Notes under the pieces: model-generated
Told to the model about the DNA's origin: nothing
Database searches by the model: none
Seen by the model: only the letters and a program-made list of their open reading frames with translations
Part shown: in pieces, positions 9,816-21,144 of the stretch
Position numbering within the stretch: the stretch's first letter is position 1
How the letters are laid out: the number at the start of each line of letters is the position of its first letter
NCBI GenBank assembly: GCA_017938435.1
Contig: JAGBBO010000037.1
Span: forward strand, 1,616 to 65,615
Origin: Alphaproteobacteria bacterium
Lineage (GTDB): Bacteria; Pseudomonadota; Alphaproteobacteria; Rs-D84; CACZYB01
Direction: 5' to 3'
Length of the DNA: 64,000 nucleotides
Program-made: the position numbers and the translations under genes

Positions 9816-10051
9816 CTTGTATCCACTTGGATGCGGGACCGTAGAAAGTCCGAAACAAAGATAGGGGCATAAAAAATCTTTTTATGCTTAACCCCACGGT
9901 AAAATGTGAGGAGTCCTTGATGAATGTTCAGATATGGAGGGAGAATAAAAAAACATCCCCCACAAAATGGGGGATACTTCATTTCAAATATAATAATATC
10001 GTGGCATTTATAAAAGGGCGGAAAAAACTCTCGCCCTTTTCATCCCTCCCG
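9816..10051. ncRNA. Candidate structured non-coding RNA or element remnant, unassigned
   Basis: GC-richer than neighbouring spacers, with a series of hairpins and a GGAGGGA/TCCCTCC long-range pair; no family recognised. Confidence 0.35.
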
Positions 10052-10052
10052 T

Positions 10053-10262
10053 TTAATCTTTATTAGATTTTTTTGGTTGTGTTGCATATCCATAAAGTAA
10101 ACAAAGTGCAGCTATACCAACAAGTAAATAAATTATCTTTGCAATAATTCCTACACCAAATAAAACTTCTACTAAATTAAAATTAAATCCACCTATCAAT
10201 CCCCAATTAAGGGCTCCTATCAAAACTAATGGTCGGCAAACGAAATTCATAATTGTATTCAT
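10053..10262 (-). CDS. DUF378 family small membrane protein
   Basis: LVLIGALNWGLIG.FNFNLV..LFG...IIYLLVGIAAL. Confidence 0.88.
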   Translation of the reverse strand: MNTIMNFVCRPLVLIGALNWGLIGGFNFNLVEVLFGVGIIAKIIYLLVGIAALCLLYGYATQPKKSNKD

Positions 10263-10401
10263 TTTTTTCTCCTTTTGTTTTGTTAATTAAATGCTTTCGC
10301 AATGTTCATAATATCAAATAATACTCTTTGTGTCAGTAGGTATATCTTCGGATAGAAAAATCATTTAATAACAAATATTTTTTTATTTAAGGAGGTTCAA
10401 A

Positions 10402-10749
10402 ATGAATAAATTTTTTCCACCACAAAAAGCAATAGAAAATGCTAAACTTGGACTATACTTACACAAAAAATATAATCGTGGAGGTCTTTCCTTATCCCAA
10501 GCAAAAGAAAAAGGCATAGACAGTGGACTTACCCGTGCACAACAAATTATATCTGGAAATCCCTTACCTATTGAAATAATTAAAAAAATGTCAAGGTTCA
10601 ATCGCCACCGTAAAAACTTTCGCCCAGAAATAAAATTAAAAGACGGTGGCCCAACTGCCGGAACTATTGCCTGGCTTTTATGGGGTGGCGACGAAGGTAT
10701 AAATTGGGCAATACAAAAAAGCAAAGAATATAGACCTATGGAAAAATAA
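10402..10749 (+). CDS. Hypothetical protein with a phage-type IAWLLWGGD motif
   Basis: AAGGAGG RBS; G..RA.Q...L....IKKM..F.RH...GP..G.IAWLLWGGD.G..WA resembles, from recall, a domain of phage head-region proteins. Confidence 0.7.
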   Translation: MNKFFPPQKAIENAKLGLYLHKKYNRGGLSLSQAKEKGIDSGLTRAQQIISGNPLPIEIIKKMSRFNRHRKNFRPEIKLKDGGPTAGTIAWLLWGGDEGINWAIQKSKEYRPMEK

Positions 10750-10813
10750 ATATCATCATGTTATAAAATTACTACCTTTTAAAAAGGTAAAAACATAAAT
10801 GAAAGGAGGCACA

Positions 10814-11167
10814 ATGGATTTAAAAGAAATTCAGACTTTTATCGAAAGTGATTATTTAGAATGGAACACCTATTTTAAGAATCAGGATAAAAAAACTGAA
10901 GCTTTTGCTATTATGTTAAAAATATCAGAAGAATCAGGCGAACTTGCTCGTGAAGTTTTACGATCTTTTGGTTATGCAAATCAAGAGCGTCTAAATGAAC
11001 CAAGCCAGCTCGACAATGAACTTGCTGATGTTCTTATCAACACCATGCTTCTTGCAAGATGTTTGGATATTGATGTTCCTCATATCTTGGAACGAAGAAT
11101 GGAAATGATAAGGGAAAAAATAAAAAACAAAAGCAAAGAAAAGCCATGTGAGGATTGTGGGTGCTAG
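10814..11167 (+). CDS. MazG-like nucleotide pyrophosphohydrolase
   Basis: K.SEESGELAREVL...ELADVL; AGGAGG RBS before MDLKEIQ. Confidence 0.85.
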   Translation: MDLKEIQTFIESDYLEWNTYFKNQDKKTEAFAIMLKISEESGELAREVLRSFGYANQERLNEPSQLDNELADVLINTMLLARCLDIDVPHILERRMEMIREKIKNKSKEKPCEDCGC

Positions 11168-11220
11168 GCATAATTAAATATGCTCCGTATTAACTTTTAA
11201 AGACTTTCGACAGTTCCAAA

Positions 11221-11247
11221 AAACCCTGATTTTTAGTCAGGGTTTTT
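11221..11247. terminator. Intrinsic terminator
   Basis: AAACCCTGA/TCAGGGTTTTT. Confidence 0.7.
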
Positions 11248-11297
11248 ACAAATAAAAAAACCTCTCCAAAAGGAAAGGTTTATCAAAAATCAAAACA

Positions 11298-11477
11298 TTA
11301 TTTTTTTGCTGCACCAACAAGAATCAAAAGTGCACAAATTCCAAAGATTATATTTATGATTTTTACTATATCACCTGAAAAAACCATACTTACCAAATCA
11401 TAACCAATCGCACTAAGTCCACAATTTAATGCAGCAAACAATACTACTGGTCCACAAAGTTTCAATAATGATTTCAT
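11298..11477 (-). CDS. Second DUF378-like small membrane protein (59 aa, absent from the ORF track)
   Basis: MKSLLKLCGPVVLFAALNCGLSAIGYDLVSMVFSGDIVKIINIIFGICALLILVGAAKK; AAGGA RBS; paralog of 10053-10262. Confidence 0.78.
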   Translation of the reverse strand: MKSLLKLCGPVVLFAALNCGLSAIGYDLVSMVFSGDIVKIINIIFGICALLILVGAAKK

Positions 11478-11604
11478 TTTTATTTCCTTTCATCTATGTC
11501 TTGTGATTTTATTCACAATTTTATTTTATTAAAACAGAACCTACTAGTCAAGAAAAAAGCCCTTCCCAGCGGAAGAGCTTTTTCTTTTTTCTAAAAACCT
11601 TAAA

Positions 11605-14229
<2,625 letters not shown>

Positions 14230-14371
14230 TTAAAAGCAAGGAAAATCCTAACTTTTTTCGATATTTCAAAACCTATTTTTTACAAAAAAAACCAATTTTT
14301 TTGATCGAAAATTATAAAAATCGTTTTAAATGCGTTTTTATGCGTTTTTATTAAAAATTTACTAGACAAAA

Positions 14372-15082
14372 TTAAAGATTCATATACCTTTTTTGCAAAT
14401 TTTTTGATAATTTTTCTATTGAATATCTAAGCATAGTCCTTGGCATAACACTAGCATACTCATCCAAAAACAATAAAAGTTGATTATATCCTTCATCAGA
14501 ACTTTTTCCCATTTCCCGTAAAATCCAACCCACAGCCTTATGCATTAAATCATGTTTATGAGAAATAAACTTTTTTGCTAAACTAATCAATATATCAAAT
14601 TTTCCATTTTTAACTATAATCCAATTTGCTACAACACTCATACGCTCACTCCACAAATGCCCTATATCAGATAAATTATAAAGCAAACTATAGTCATCTA
14701 TTAACAAACAATATTTACCTAAAATTTTATAAACTGATAAATCAACTAAATCCCAATTATTTATATAGTTTACATTTTTTATATAAAGGTTAACAATTTC
14801 CTTTTTAACATTCAAATCTGATTTATTAAAAATCTCTACCATTAAAAGCAATGCAAATAATCTAACTTCATGATATGAATTATGTAAAAGTTTTTGAATT
14901 ATATCAAAATCCCTAACATCTTTATATTTTTTTACAAGGATTCTAATCGTTGGATTTTTAAGTCCATAAAATTTATCCCCTTCAGCATATTCACCCTTAC
15001 CTGTTTTAAAAAATCGTAATTGACCCTTTGCAATTTTTGAATTACTTAAATTTTGAATATCATTTATAATATCATCATACAT
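14372..15082 (-). CDS. DNA alkylation repair protein (AlkD-like)
   Basis: FFKTGKGEYAEGD.F.G, INNWDLVD, HKAVGWILREMGK, MPRTMLRYSIEK; probable ATG at 15082. Confidence 0.88.
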   Translation of the reverse strand: MYDDIINDIQNLSNSKIAKGQLRFFKTGKGEYAEGDKFYGLKNPTIRILVKKYKDVRDFDIIQKLLHNSYHEVRLFALLLMVEIFNKSDLNVKKEIVNLYIKNVNYINNWDLVDLSVYKILGKYCLLIDDYSLLYNLSDIGHLWSERMSVVANWIIVKNGKFDILISLAKKFISHKHDLMHKAVGWILREMGKSSDEGYNQLLLFLDEYASVMPRTMLRYSIEKLSKNLQKRYMNL

Positions 15083-15146
15083 ATTTTTTCCTTGCACAAA
15101 ATTCCTTATAATTTTACCATATAAAAAATAAAAGGAAATAAAAATA

Positions 15147-15614
15147 ATGAAACGATTTATAAAATTTTGTATCGCCGGCGGAACCGGAGCCATAGTAAAT
15201 ATTTTTATATTCACTATATTAAACTTATCAAATGTAAATTATATTTTCAGTTCGTTTTTATCATTCATAATATCGGCAACCACAACATACGAAATAAATG
15301 CCTCATGGACTTTTAATGACCGAGGTCAAAAAAAATCAAAAAAATTGTGGGCAAAATTTATGTGTATCTGCACTATCACTTTAGGTATAAATTTACTAAC
15401 ATTATATTTATCTGAAAAGTTTCTTATGCCAGCATTAAATAACTATTCATTTTTTCAAAAAACATTCGAAATAACCGGCTTTTTACTCAAAACCGACATA
15501 TTGCAAAAAATTACAGCCATCTATTCTCAATGTCTTGGTATTGGTGTTGCAACTATATTTAATTTTATCGGAAATAACTTTATAATTTTCAAAAAAAGAA
15601 CTAATTCATCATAG
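15147..15614 (+). CDS. GtrA family membrane protein
   Basis: RFIKFCIAGG.G..VN, N..WTF, FNF..N; four hydrophobic segments. Confidence 0.85.
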   Translation: MKRFIKFCIAGGTGAIVNIFIFTILNLSNVNYIFSSFLSFIISATTTYEINASWTFNDRGQKKSKKLWAKFMCICTITLGINLLTLYLSEKFLMPALNNYSFFQKTFEITGFLLKTDILQKITAIYSQCLGIGVATIFNFIGNNFIIFKKRTNSS

Positions 15615-16338
15615 ATTTTATTTTACCTCTACTAAATGTCATTTTTACAACATTAAGCATAGCCTCAAAAAAAATCTTTTTACTCATCTTGGATTTTCCA
15701 ACTCTTCTATCTTCAAAAATAATTGGTATTTCAACTATTTTTAATCCAGCCAAAATATTTCTAAATTTCATTTCTATTTGAAAACAATAACCATTCGAAA
15801 TAATAGTTTTAAGATTTATTTTTTCCAAAGATTTTCTTGTATAACAATTATACCCACCGGTTAAATCCTTAATGGAACTTAAAAGCAAAAATCTTGCATA
15901 CAACGAACCACCTTTTGAAATAATTTTTCTACCTATTCCCCAATTTTTCACACCACCATTTTTTACATACCTACTCCCAATACAAACATCTGCACCATTT
16001 TTAATTGCATCAAGCATATCTTTTATATAAATAGGATTATGCGAAAAATCAGCATCTTGAGAAATAAATGTATCAAACCCATTTTCCATAGCCCACTGAA
16101 AACCTTGAATATACGCAGTCCCTAAACCTAATTTTCCACTTCTATGAAGAATATGAAGTCTGTCACCAAACACTTTGTCTTTAATTAAATTATCAACCAA
16201 AGCCCCTGTTCCATCCAACGAATTATCATCCACAACTAAAATACTAACATCTGGATTTATATCAAAATCCTTTGAAATAATTTCTTTTATGTTTTCTATT
16301 TCATTGTATGTTGGAATGATTATACAAACTTTTTTCAA
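15601..16338 (-). CDS. GT2 polyprenol-phosphate glycosyltransferase (DPM synthase-like)
   Basis: IIPTYNE, VVDDNS.DGT, GLGTAY, DADFSH, GSRY, F.DRR.G.SKMS; probable TTG start at 16338 with GAGG RBS. Confidence 0.9.
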   Translation of the reverse strand: MKKVCIIIPTYNEIENIKEIISKDFDINPDVSILVVDDNSLDGTGALVDNLIKDKVFGDRLHILHRSGKLGLGTAYIQGFQWAMENGFDTFISQDADFSHNPIYIKDMLDAIKNGADVCIGSRYVKNGGVKNWGIGRKIISKGGSLYARFLLLSSIKDLTGGYNCYTRKSLEKINLKTIISNGYCFQIEMKFRNILAGLKIVEIPIIFEDRRVGKSKMSKKIFFEAMLNVVKMTFSRGKIKSMMN

Positions 16339-16348
16339 ATCAACCTCT

Positions 16349-16570
16349 TTAATTTTTAGAAGTATTAAAACAAGCCATACACAAAGCAATTATATATGGA
16401 AAACCGAATAAAAAACTCAAATAACAAAGTGTTTTTACAACTTCGACATCTTGCTTTGCTAATCCTCTTTTTTTTGCAATAGAAATAGGTAATTTCCAAA
16501 TCTCATACGCCACATAAATACAAGCAAAAAAGGCACAAAAATAAAAAATACCAAAAAGAATGTTATTCAT
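16349..16570 (-). CDS. Small membrane protein, superinfection-immunity/DUF3302-like
   Basis: TM segment, LP..IA..R, second TM ending IIAL..A; GGAGG RBS before ATG 16570. Confidence 0.55.
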   Translation of the reverse strand: MNNILFGIFYFCAFFACIYVAYEIWKLPISIAKKRGLAKQDVEVVKTLCYLSFLFGFPYIIALCMACFNTSKN

Positions 16571-16629
16571 AAAAACCTCCCACTTAAATAACAAAAAGAA
16601 AAAGATTCGACAACGACTTCCCTATCAAG

Positions 16630-16717
16630 TGGCGGAAAGAGGGGGATTCGAACCCTCGATACCTTGCGGTATGCACGCTTTCCAAGCGTGTGCAATCGAC
16701 CACTCTGCCATCTTTCC
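16630..16717 (-). tRNA. tRNA-Ser(GGA)
   Basis: GGAAAGA/TCTTTCC acceptor stem, CACGC-TTGGAAA-GCGTG anticodon arm, long variable arm, CCA. Confidence 0.95.
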
Positions 16718-17804
16718 TTATCATCAAACTAAGAAAATTTTACTTTAAAATTTGAATAAGTCAATAAAAAAGGGAGCCGAAACTCCCATTTTACGATTAA
16801 ATAATTTTATTTATTTTGCATTTCCTGGAACATCTGTAATGCCTTAACAAGAGAAGGTTCTTCATTTATACTATCAAGCATTTTTGTACATTCTACTTTC
16901 TTTGCATCACAATCTTCTTCCTTACATGTTCCACCTCCAATAAGATATTGATCCCCTCCAACACAACGGTATTGATAAATACCATCAGAAATATTTTTCT
17001 TTGCAAATGTCGCTTTTTTAACAGGATCACCCCATGCTATACTTTCAAATGGTCCAGAAACTTCTTCCCAGAAAAGATCTTCAAAAATTTTATTCATCCC
17101 CTCTTCCGAAATTTTCCATTGTTTAAATAATTCAGGATCTCTAGTAGAAAACCTCTTATAACTATCTACATTATACCTATGACTTTGAAGCCAATTAGAC
17201 CAATAATTCTTTGTAACACTATCACAATTATTTAAAGTTGCAGTATAGGCAGCACCATCCAAATCAAGTTTTATAAAATTACAAGTTTTAGATGAATTGT
17301 ATTGACGCGATGGAATTATACATGGTAAAGAATCACATCTCCAAGAAAAATTATCACCAAATACAAATTTACCAATCTTTCCTCTAAGATAACCAGATAC
17401 ACGAACACTAACTGACACATCGTTTTCACGACACACCAAATAATTAAAAAGTGAACTTTTATCAGAATTAGAACAATCATATGAACGAGAACTGGAATAT
17501 CCTTCTCCATTAAGTGCAAGATTAACAAAATCACTGGTTAATACAGTCACTGGACTACAATAGCTTGCCCCTCTAAATGTGTTAGAAAAAGATAAACCAA
17601 AATTACTATTCCCAAAATTATTACTATTCACAAAATCACATTTTTTACACTCTGTTGCACCAGACTGATCATTATATGTTCCAGCAGGACATTTTACACA
17701 AGCTTTTGCACCATCCTTTGAATAAGTACCTGCAAAACAAGTTAAACAACTCTTTGTTATTTCATCATAATATGATCCAGCCTTACAAGAACTAGACGCA
17801 TCTA

Positions 17805-18010
17805 CTTTTTTCTTCTCTTCTTCTTCAGCTTTTTTCTTCTCAGCAGCAATCCTCTCTTCTTCAGCTTTCTTCTTCTCAGCCGCAACCCTCTCTTCCTCAG
17901 CTTTCTTCTCAGCCGCAGCCTTCTCTTCCTCAGCTTTCTTCTTCTCAGCAGCAGCCTTCTCTTCTTCGGCTTTCTTCTTTTCAGCAGCAGCCCTCTCTTC
18001 TTCGGCTTTC
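17805..18010 (-). repeat. Intragenic ~36-bp tandem repeats encoding (A)EEE(K/R)(A/V/I)AAEKKK
   Basis: About five imperfect units visible in DNA and protein. Confidence 0.85.
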
Positions 18011-18737
18011 TTTAATGATTCTTCATCATTAACAGGTTCAGAAACAGCCTCTTCCACTACAGAAGTTACAGCATTCACCTTACAATCATTTATACTCATA
18101 GCTCCAACCGAAGATTCTGTTCCATCCGGACATTTCTCACATTTAGCAATATAATTATCACCTATAGATACAGCATAAAAATTAGCCTTACACTGTGCAA
18201 CATAAGCACTATCAAAACCCCAGTCATATGCCTCTTCATCTGTTGCCTTTCTTGCATTTGCATTTGCAGGAAGGGAACATTCACTATCTGTATTAGGGTT
18301 AATATATTTACTTTTTCTCCTTTCCATTGGAACACCAATAGGACAAATATCATAATTAGAAACACAAACCGAAGATTTCAAAATATAACCATCATTACAT
18401 TCAAAATAAACAGCCTCATTTTCATCTTCAATCCATGCAAGTTTCCTAAGCCCAGATTCTTCAGTCCACAATTCTTCATACGCATTTTCTGGTGCATCAC
18501 ATTTTTTTGTCTTCGCAGAATAATAAACTCCATCTACTGCACGTAAAACTACACCAACTTTACAAAAATTCTTTTTTACTTCTTCAACAGGAGTTTCCTC
18601 AACAACAGAAGTTTCCTCAACCTCCGTTTTCAAAGATTTTGATGTTATTGTTTTTTTAGAAGCACTTGCCCTTTTTGATGATTTTGATGAATTCGCAGCT
18701 GCACGCTTACTTGATTTTGTAGAAGAAACCCCTGATT

Positions 18738-18844
18738 TTGAACTTGCCGAACGCAAACCCTTCTTACTCGATGATGCCGACTTTTTTGAACTTGCCGAAC
18801 GCAAACCTTTCTTTGAACTTGCTGAACGCAAACCTTTCTTTGAA
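18738..18844 (-). repeat. Intragenic 27-bp repeats encoding KKGLRSASS
   Basis: TGAACTTGC(C/T)GAACGCAAACC occurs three times. Confidence 0.85.
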
Positions 18845-18944
18845 GAAGTTTTAGCCTTCGAAGAACCAGACGACTTAGATGAAGCCCTCTTCGACGACCT
18901 TGCACTCTTCGTTTTTGCTACAGTAATATCTGACATAAAAATAA

Positions 18945-18970
18945 ATAGAACAATTATATAGAACAATTAT
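18945..18970. repeat. Perfect 13-bp tandem duplication (ATAGAACAATTAT)x2
   Basis: Copies at 18945-18957 and 18958-18970. Confidence 0.95.
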
Positions 18971-19128
18971 AAAAAGAAAAATACTAAATCTTCTTAGTAT
19001 TTTAAGGGGGTTAACTCTCCCAACACATTCGTTTTGTCTAACCATAACAAACTCTCCATGTTTATATATACACAATATATCAAAATTATATCATATTAAA
19101 TAAAAAAATGCAATATTTTAATATAAAT

Positions 19129-19362
19129 TTAACTTTTCTTTTTGAATGGATTTGTTGGATGTAAAAACCATCCAATAACAGACATACATTTTTCAACACA
19201 GAAAAATACTAACCACATTAAGATAAGTAAAACCGGAACTGATGTATGAATTCTATACCCAAGCCAAAAAATATCCACTGTTCCGTAATTATTGGAAATC
19301 CAAACACCAATCACAGAAAACAAAAGAAATATAAAAAAATATTTGAATGCAGTCTTTAACAT
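19129..19362 (-). CDS. HemY N-terminal-like small membrane protein
   Basis: TM-W..N.G.V.I.WLGYRI.TS-TM pattern; follows the mitofilin-like gene. Confidence 0.65.
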   Translation of the reverse strand: MLKTAFKYFFIFLLFSVIGVWISNNYGTVDIFWLGYRIHTSVPVLLILMWLVFFCVEKCMSVIGWFLHPTNPFKKKS

Positions 19363-19370
19363 TTTATCTC

Positions 19371-20417
19371 CTATTCATTTGCTTCTTTTGTTGGTTCAGT
19401 AACCAAAAACACCTTTTTCTTCGGAGCAACTTTTTTCACTTCTACATCATGCAAAGCCTTTTCCAAAGCAACCTTTAAAACTGGTGCCATCACAGCATTT
19501 GCAGAAAGTTTAATTTTTGCGTCATTATACCAATTTTTTGCAAAATTAAATCCAGCCTCGGATACTTCTTTCAATTTTTCAAATTCCATAACTGCCATAT
19601 TCAAATCAGCTTCTTTTAAATATTTTTCAACATTTGCAACAATATAATCTACAGTTTTTTCTTCATCTATTTTGTTTTCAAAATCAATCTTTCTTACTTT
19701 CAAAAGTCCCTTTACACGGAAAACAAATCTATCACGAATATTGTCACCTTCACCATTTGGATTATCAGCCATAAACACTATATCCCCAGCAATTTTTTCA
19801 AATTCATTTCTAAGTTGAGCATAAGTTTTAATTCCTGTTTCACTATATGGGAAAAGAACTTTTTCCGCCTCCTTTACAACCTTATCCTTACCAGCCACTT
19901 CTATCAAAGTATCAAGTTCGGCTTTAAAATTATCACCACGATTTATTGCATCACGAAGAAGTGTTGCCGAAGTCAACATCAAAAGATTTATACCTTTATA
20001 AGTTTTATTATATTCCTCCAAAGATTTAATTTTTGATTCAACTTTTTCTAAATCATTTTTATCGAACATAAGTTCACGCACTCTTTGGATATTATCTTTT
20101 ATATCAAGACCAAATTGTTGAACTTGCTCTTTAATATCAACCTTTTGCAAATCACGAATTTTTTTAATATATGTTTCTAAAAGTTCAACACCGCCCTTTT
20201 CCATATTATCAACCTTATTTGCTAAAACAGCAACCTGTCTTTTCTGGTTATCAAGTTCCAAACTTAAAAAACCAATAATCCAAATCATAAGGATAAAAAG
20301 AAAGGCAAAAATCACCACCTGAAACACAGAAAATGAAGTTTCCTTTCGTGGAGTTTTTACAATTTCAACTACTGTATCTTTTGTTTTTTCTATTTTATTT
20401 TTTTTAAACATAAACAT
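19371..20417 (-). CDS. COG4223/mitofilin (alphaproteobacterial Mic60)-like inner membrane protein
   Basis: N-terminal TM and coiled coil; LRDAI..G..F..EL, GI.T..QL...F, L.KVR, W...A. Confidence 0.7.
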   Translation of the reverse strand: MFMFKKNKIEKTKDTVVEIVKTPRKETSFSVFQVVIFAFLFILMIWIIGFLSLELDNQKRQVAVLANKVDNMEKGGVELLETYIKKIRDLQKVDIKEQVQQFGLDIKDNIQRVRELMFDKNDLEKVESKIKSLEEYNKTYKGINLLMLTSATLLRDAINRGDNFKAELDTLIEVAGKDKVVKEAEKVLFPYSETGIKTYAQLRNEFEKIAGDIVFMADNPNGEGDNIRDRFVFRVKGLLKVRKIDFENKIDEEKTVDYIVANVEKYLKEADLNMAVMEFEKLKEVSEAGFNFAKNWYNDAKIKLSANAVMAPVLKVALEKALHDVEVKKVAPKKKVFLVTEPTKEANE

Positions 20418-20420
20418 CTC

Positions 20421-20795
20421 CTAAAATTTAAAATCAATCACAGTATTATTTTTTGGTTCTGCACTTGATGAAAGTGTAGCCGATAATGTTTTTATTTTTG
20501 TGGTAATCTGGGCAATCGCATTTGCCAAAACTTCTTCATCCAAAGCATCTTCTTTCAACAAAGAAAGTTGATGTTCCAAATTTGAAATTTTATTTTTTGC
20601 CTTTGTAATATCACCAAAAGTCAAAATACAAACCATCAAAAGCAAAGTTTCATTATCAACATCCCCAAACATAGATGATAAATTTTTTGCCTTATTATCA
20701 ATTTGCTCAGCAATAGAAAGAATTTGTTCTTCCTGCCCTGCACCACAATCCACAGAATAATTTTTTGAATTTATTTTAAAATTAACTGTTGGCAT
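20421..20795 (-). CDS. zapA: Cell division protein ZapA
   Basis: V...IN.K.Y.V.C..GQEE....A..ID, LLLM. Confidence 0.85.
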   Translation of the reverse strand: MPTVNFKINSKNYSVDCGAGQEEQILSIAEQIDNKAKNLSSMFGDVDNETLLLMVCILTFGDITKAKNKISNLEHQLSLLKEDALDEEVLANAIAQITTKIKTLSATLSSSAEPKNNTVIDFKF

Positions 20796-20803
20796 TTTTC
20801 CCT

Positions 20804-21067
20804 CTAAAACTTATTTATTTTATTTTTAAGTGAAATTGATAAATCATGTATCTCAGCAATAGCACGCCTTACCTTACTTTGTTCAATTAACAAAGAATGT
20901 TTAAGATTATCTATTTGAATACGATTTTTTTCATCATTTTCCTTATAAAATTCAACTTCTTGTGAAAAATCTTGCGATTTTACTTTTTTATATGCTAAAA
21001 AACTCTGTTCCAATTCAGTAACAGAATCTGATAATAGTTGTAAAGAATTACTAAGTTTTTCTTTCAT
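20804..21067 (-). CDS. Small coiled-coil protein upstream of zapA
   Basis: 87-aa helical ORF at the position usually held by DUF4164-like genes. Confidence 0.6.
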   Translation of the reverse strand: MKEKLSNSLQLLSDSVTELEQSFLAYKKVKSQDFSQEVEFYKENDEKNRIQIDNLKHSLLIEQSKVRRAIAEIHDLSISLKNKINKF

Positions 21068-21144
21068 ACTTGCCTTTTTTAAAAAAGTTATATATAACTT
21101 ATATAAAATATACTAAAAAACTAAATAGAATTCAAGGATAAAAA

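Larger units (their letters stand above)
16807..19045 (-). pseudogene. Large secreted/surface Cys-rich protein (GCC2_GCC3/ephrin-receptor-like repeats), frameshifted by a 13-bp duplication in the signal peptide
   Basis: ATG at 19045 with GGAGAG RBS. Removing one ATAGAACAATTAT copy fuses the upstream ORF to the 719-aa ORF (741 aa total). Contains CPAGTY-type repeats, an S/K-rich tract and an EEEKAAAEKKKA coiled coil. Confidence 0.75.

Noticed and set aside
9844-9856. RNase P RNA (GAAAGTCC resembles the P4 5' strand)
   Set aside because: No matching 3' P4 strand or terminal P1 pairing was found.
9581-10066. ORFs 9581-9982 (-) and 9884-10066 (+)
   Set aside because: They have no RBS, cross terminator hairpins and have non-protein-like composition; the first also overlaps gap antisense.
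14331-14350. 10-bp tandem repeat (TGCGTTTTTA)x2 upstream of gyrB
   Set aside because: It is short, intergenic and low-complexity, with no visible functional link.
16590-16629. Hairpin element or 3' duplication behind tRNA-Ser
   Set aside because: Only a 7-nt TCGAATC match to the T-loop is present, with no CTCGCTAACA core; this is chance level.
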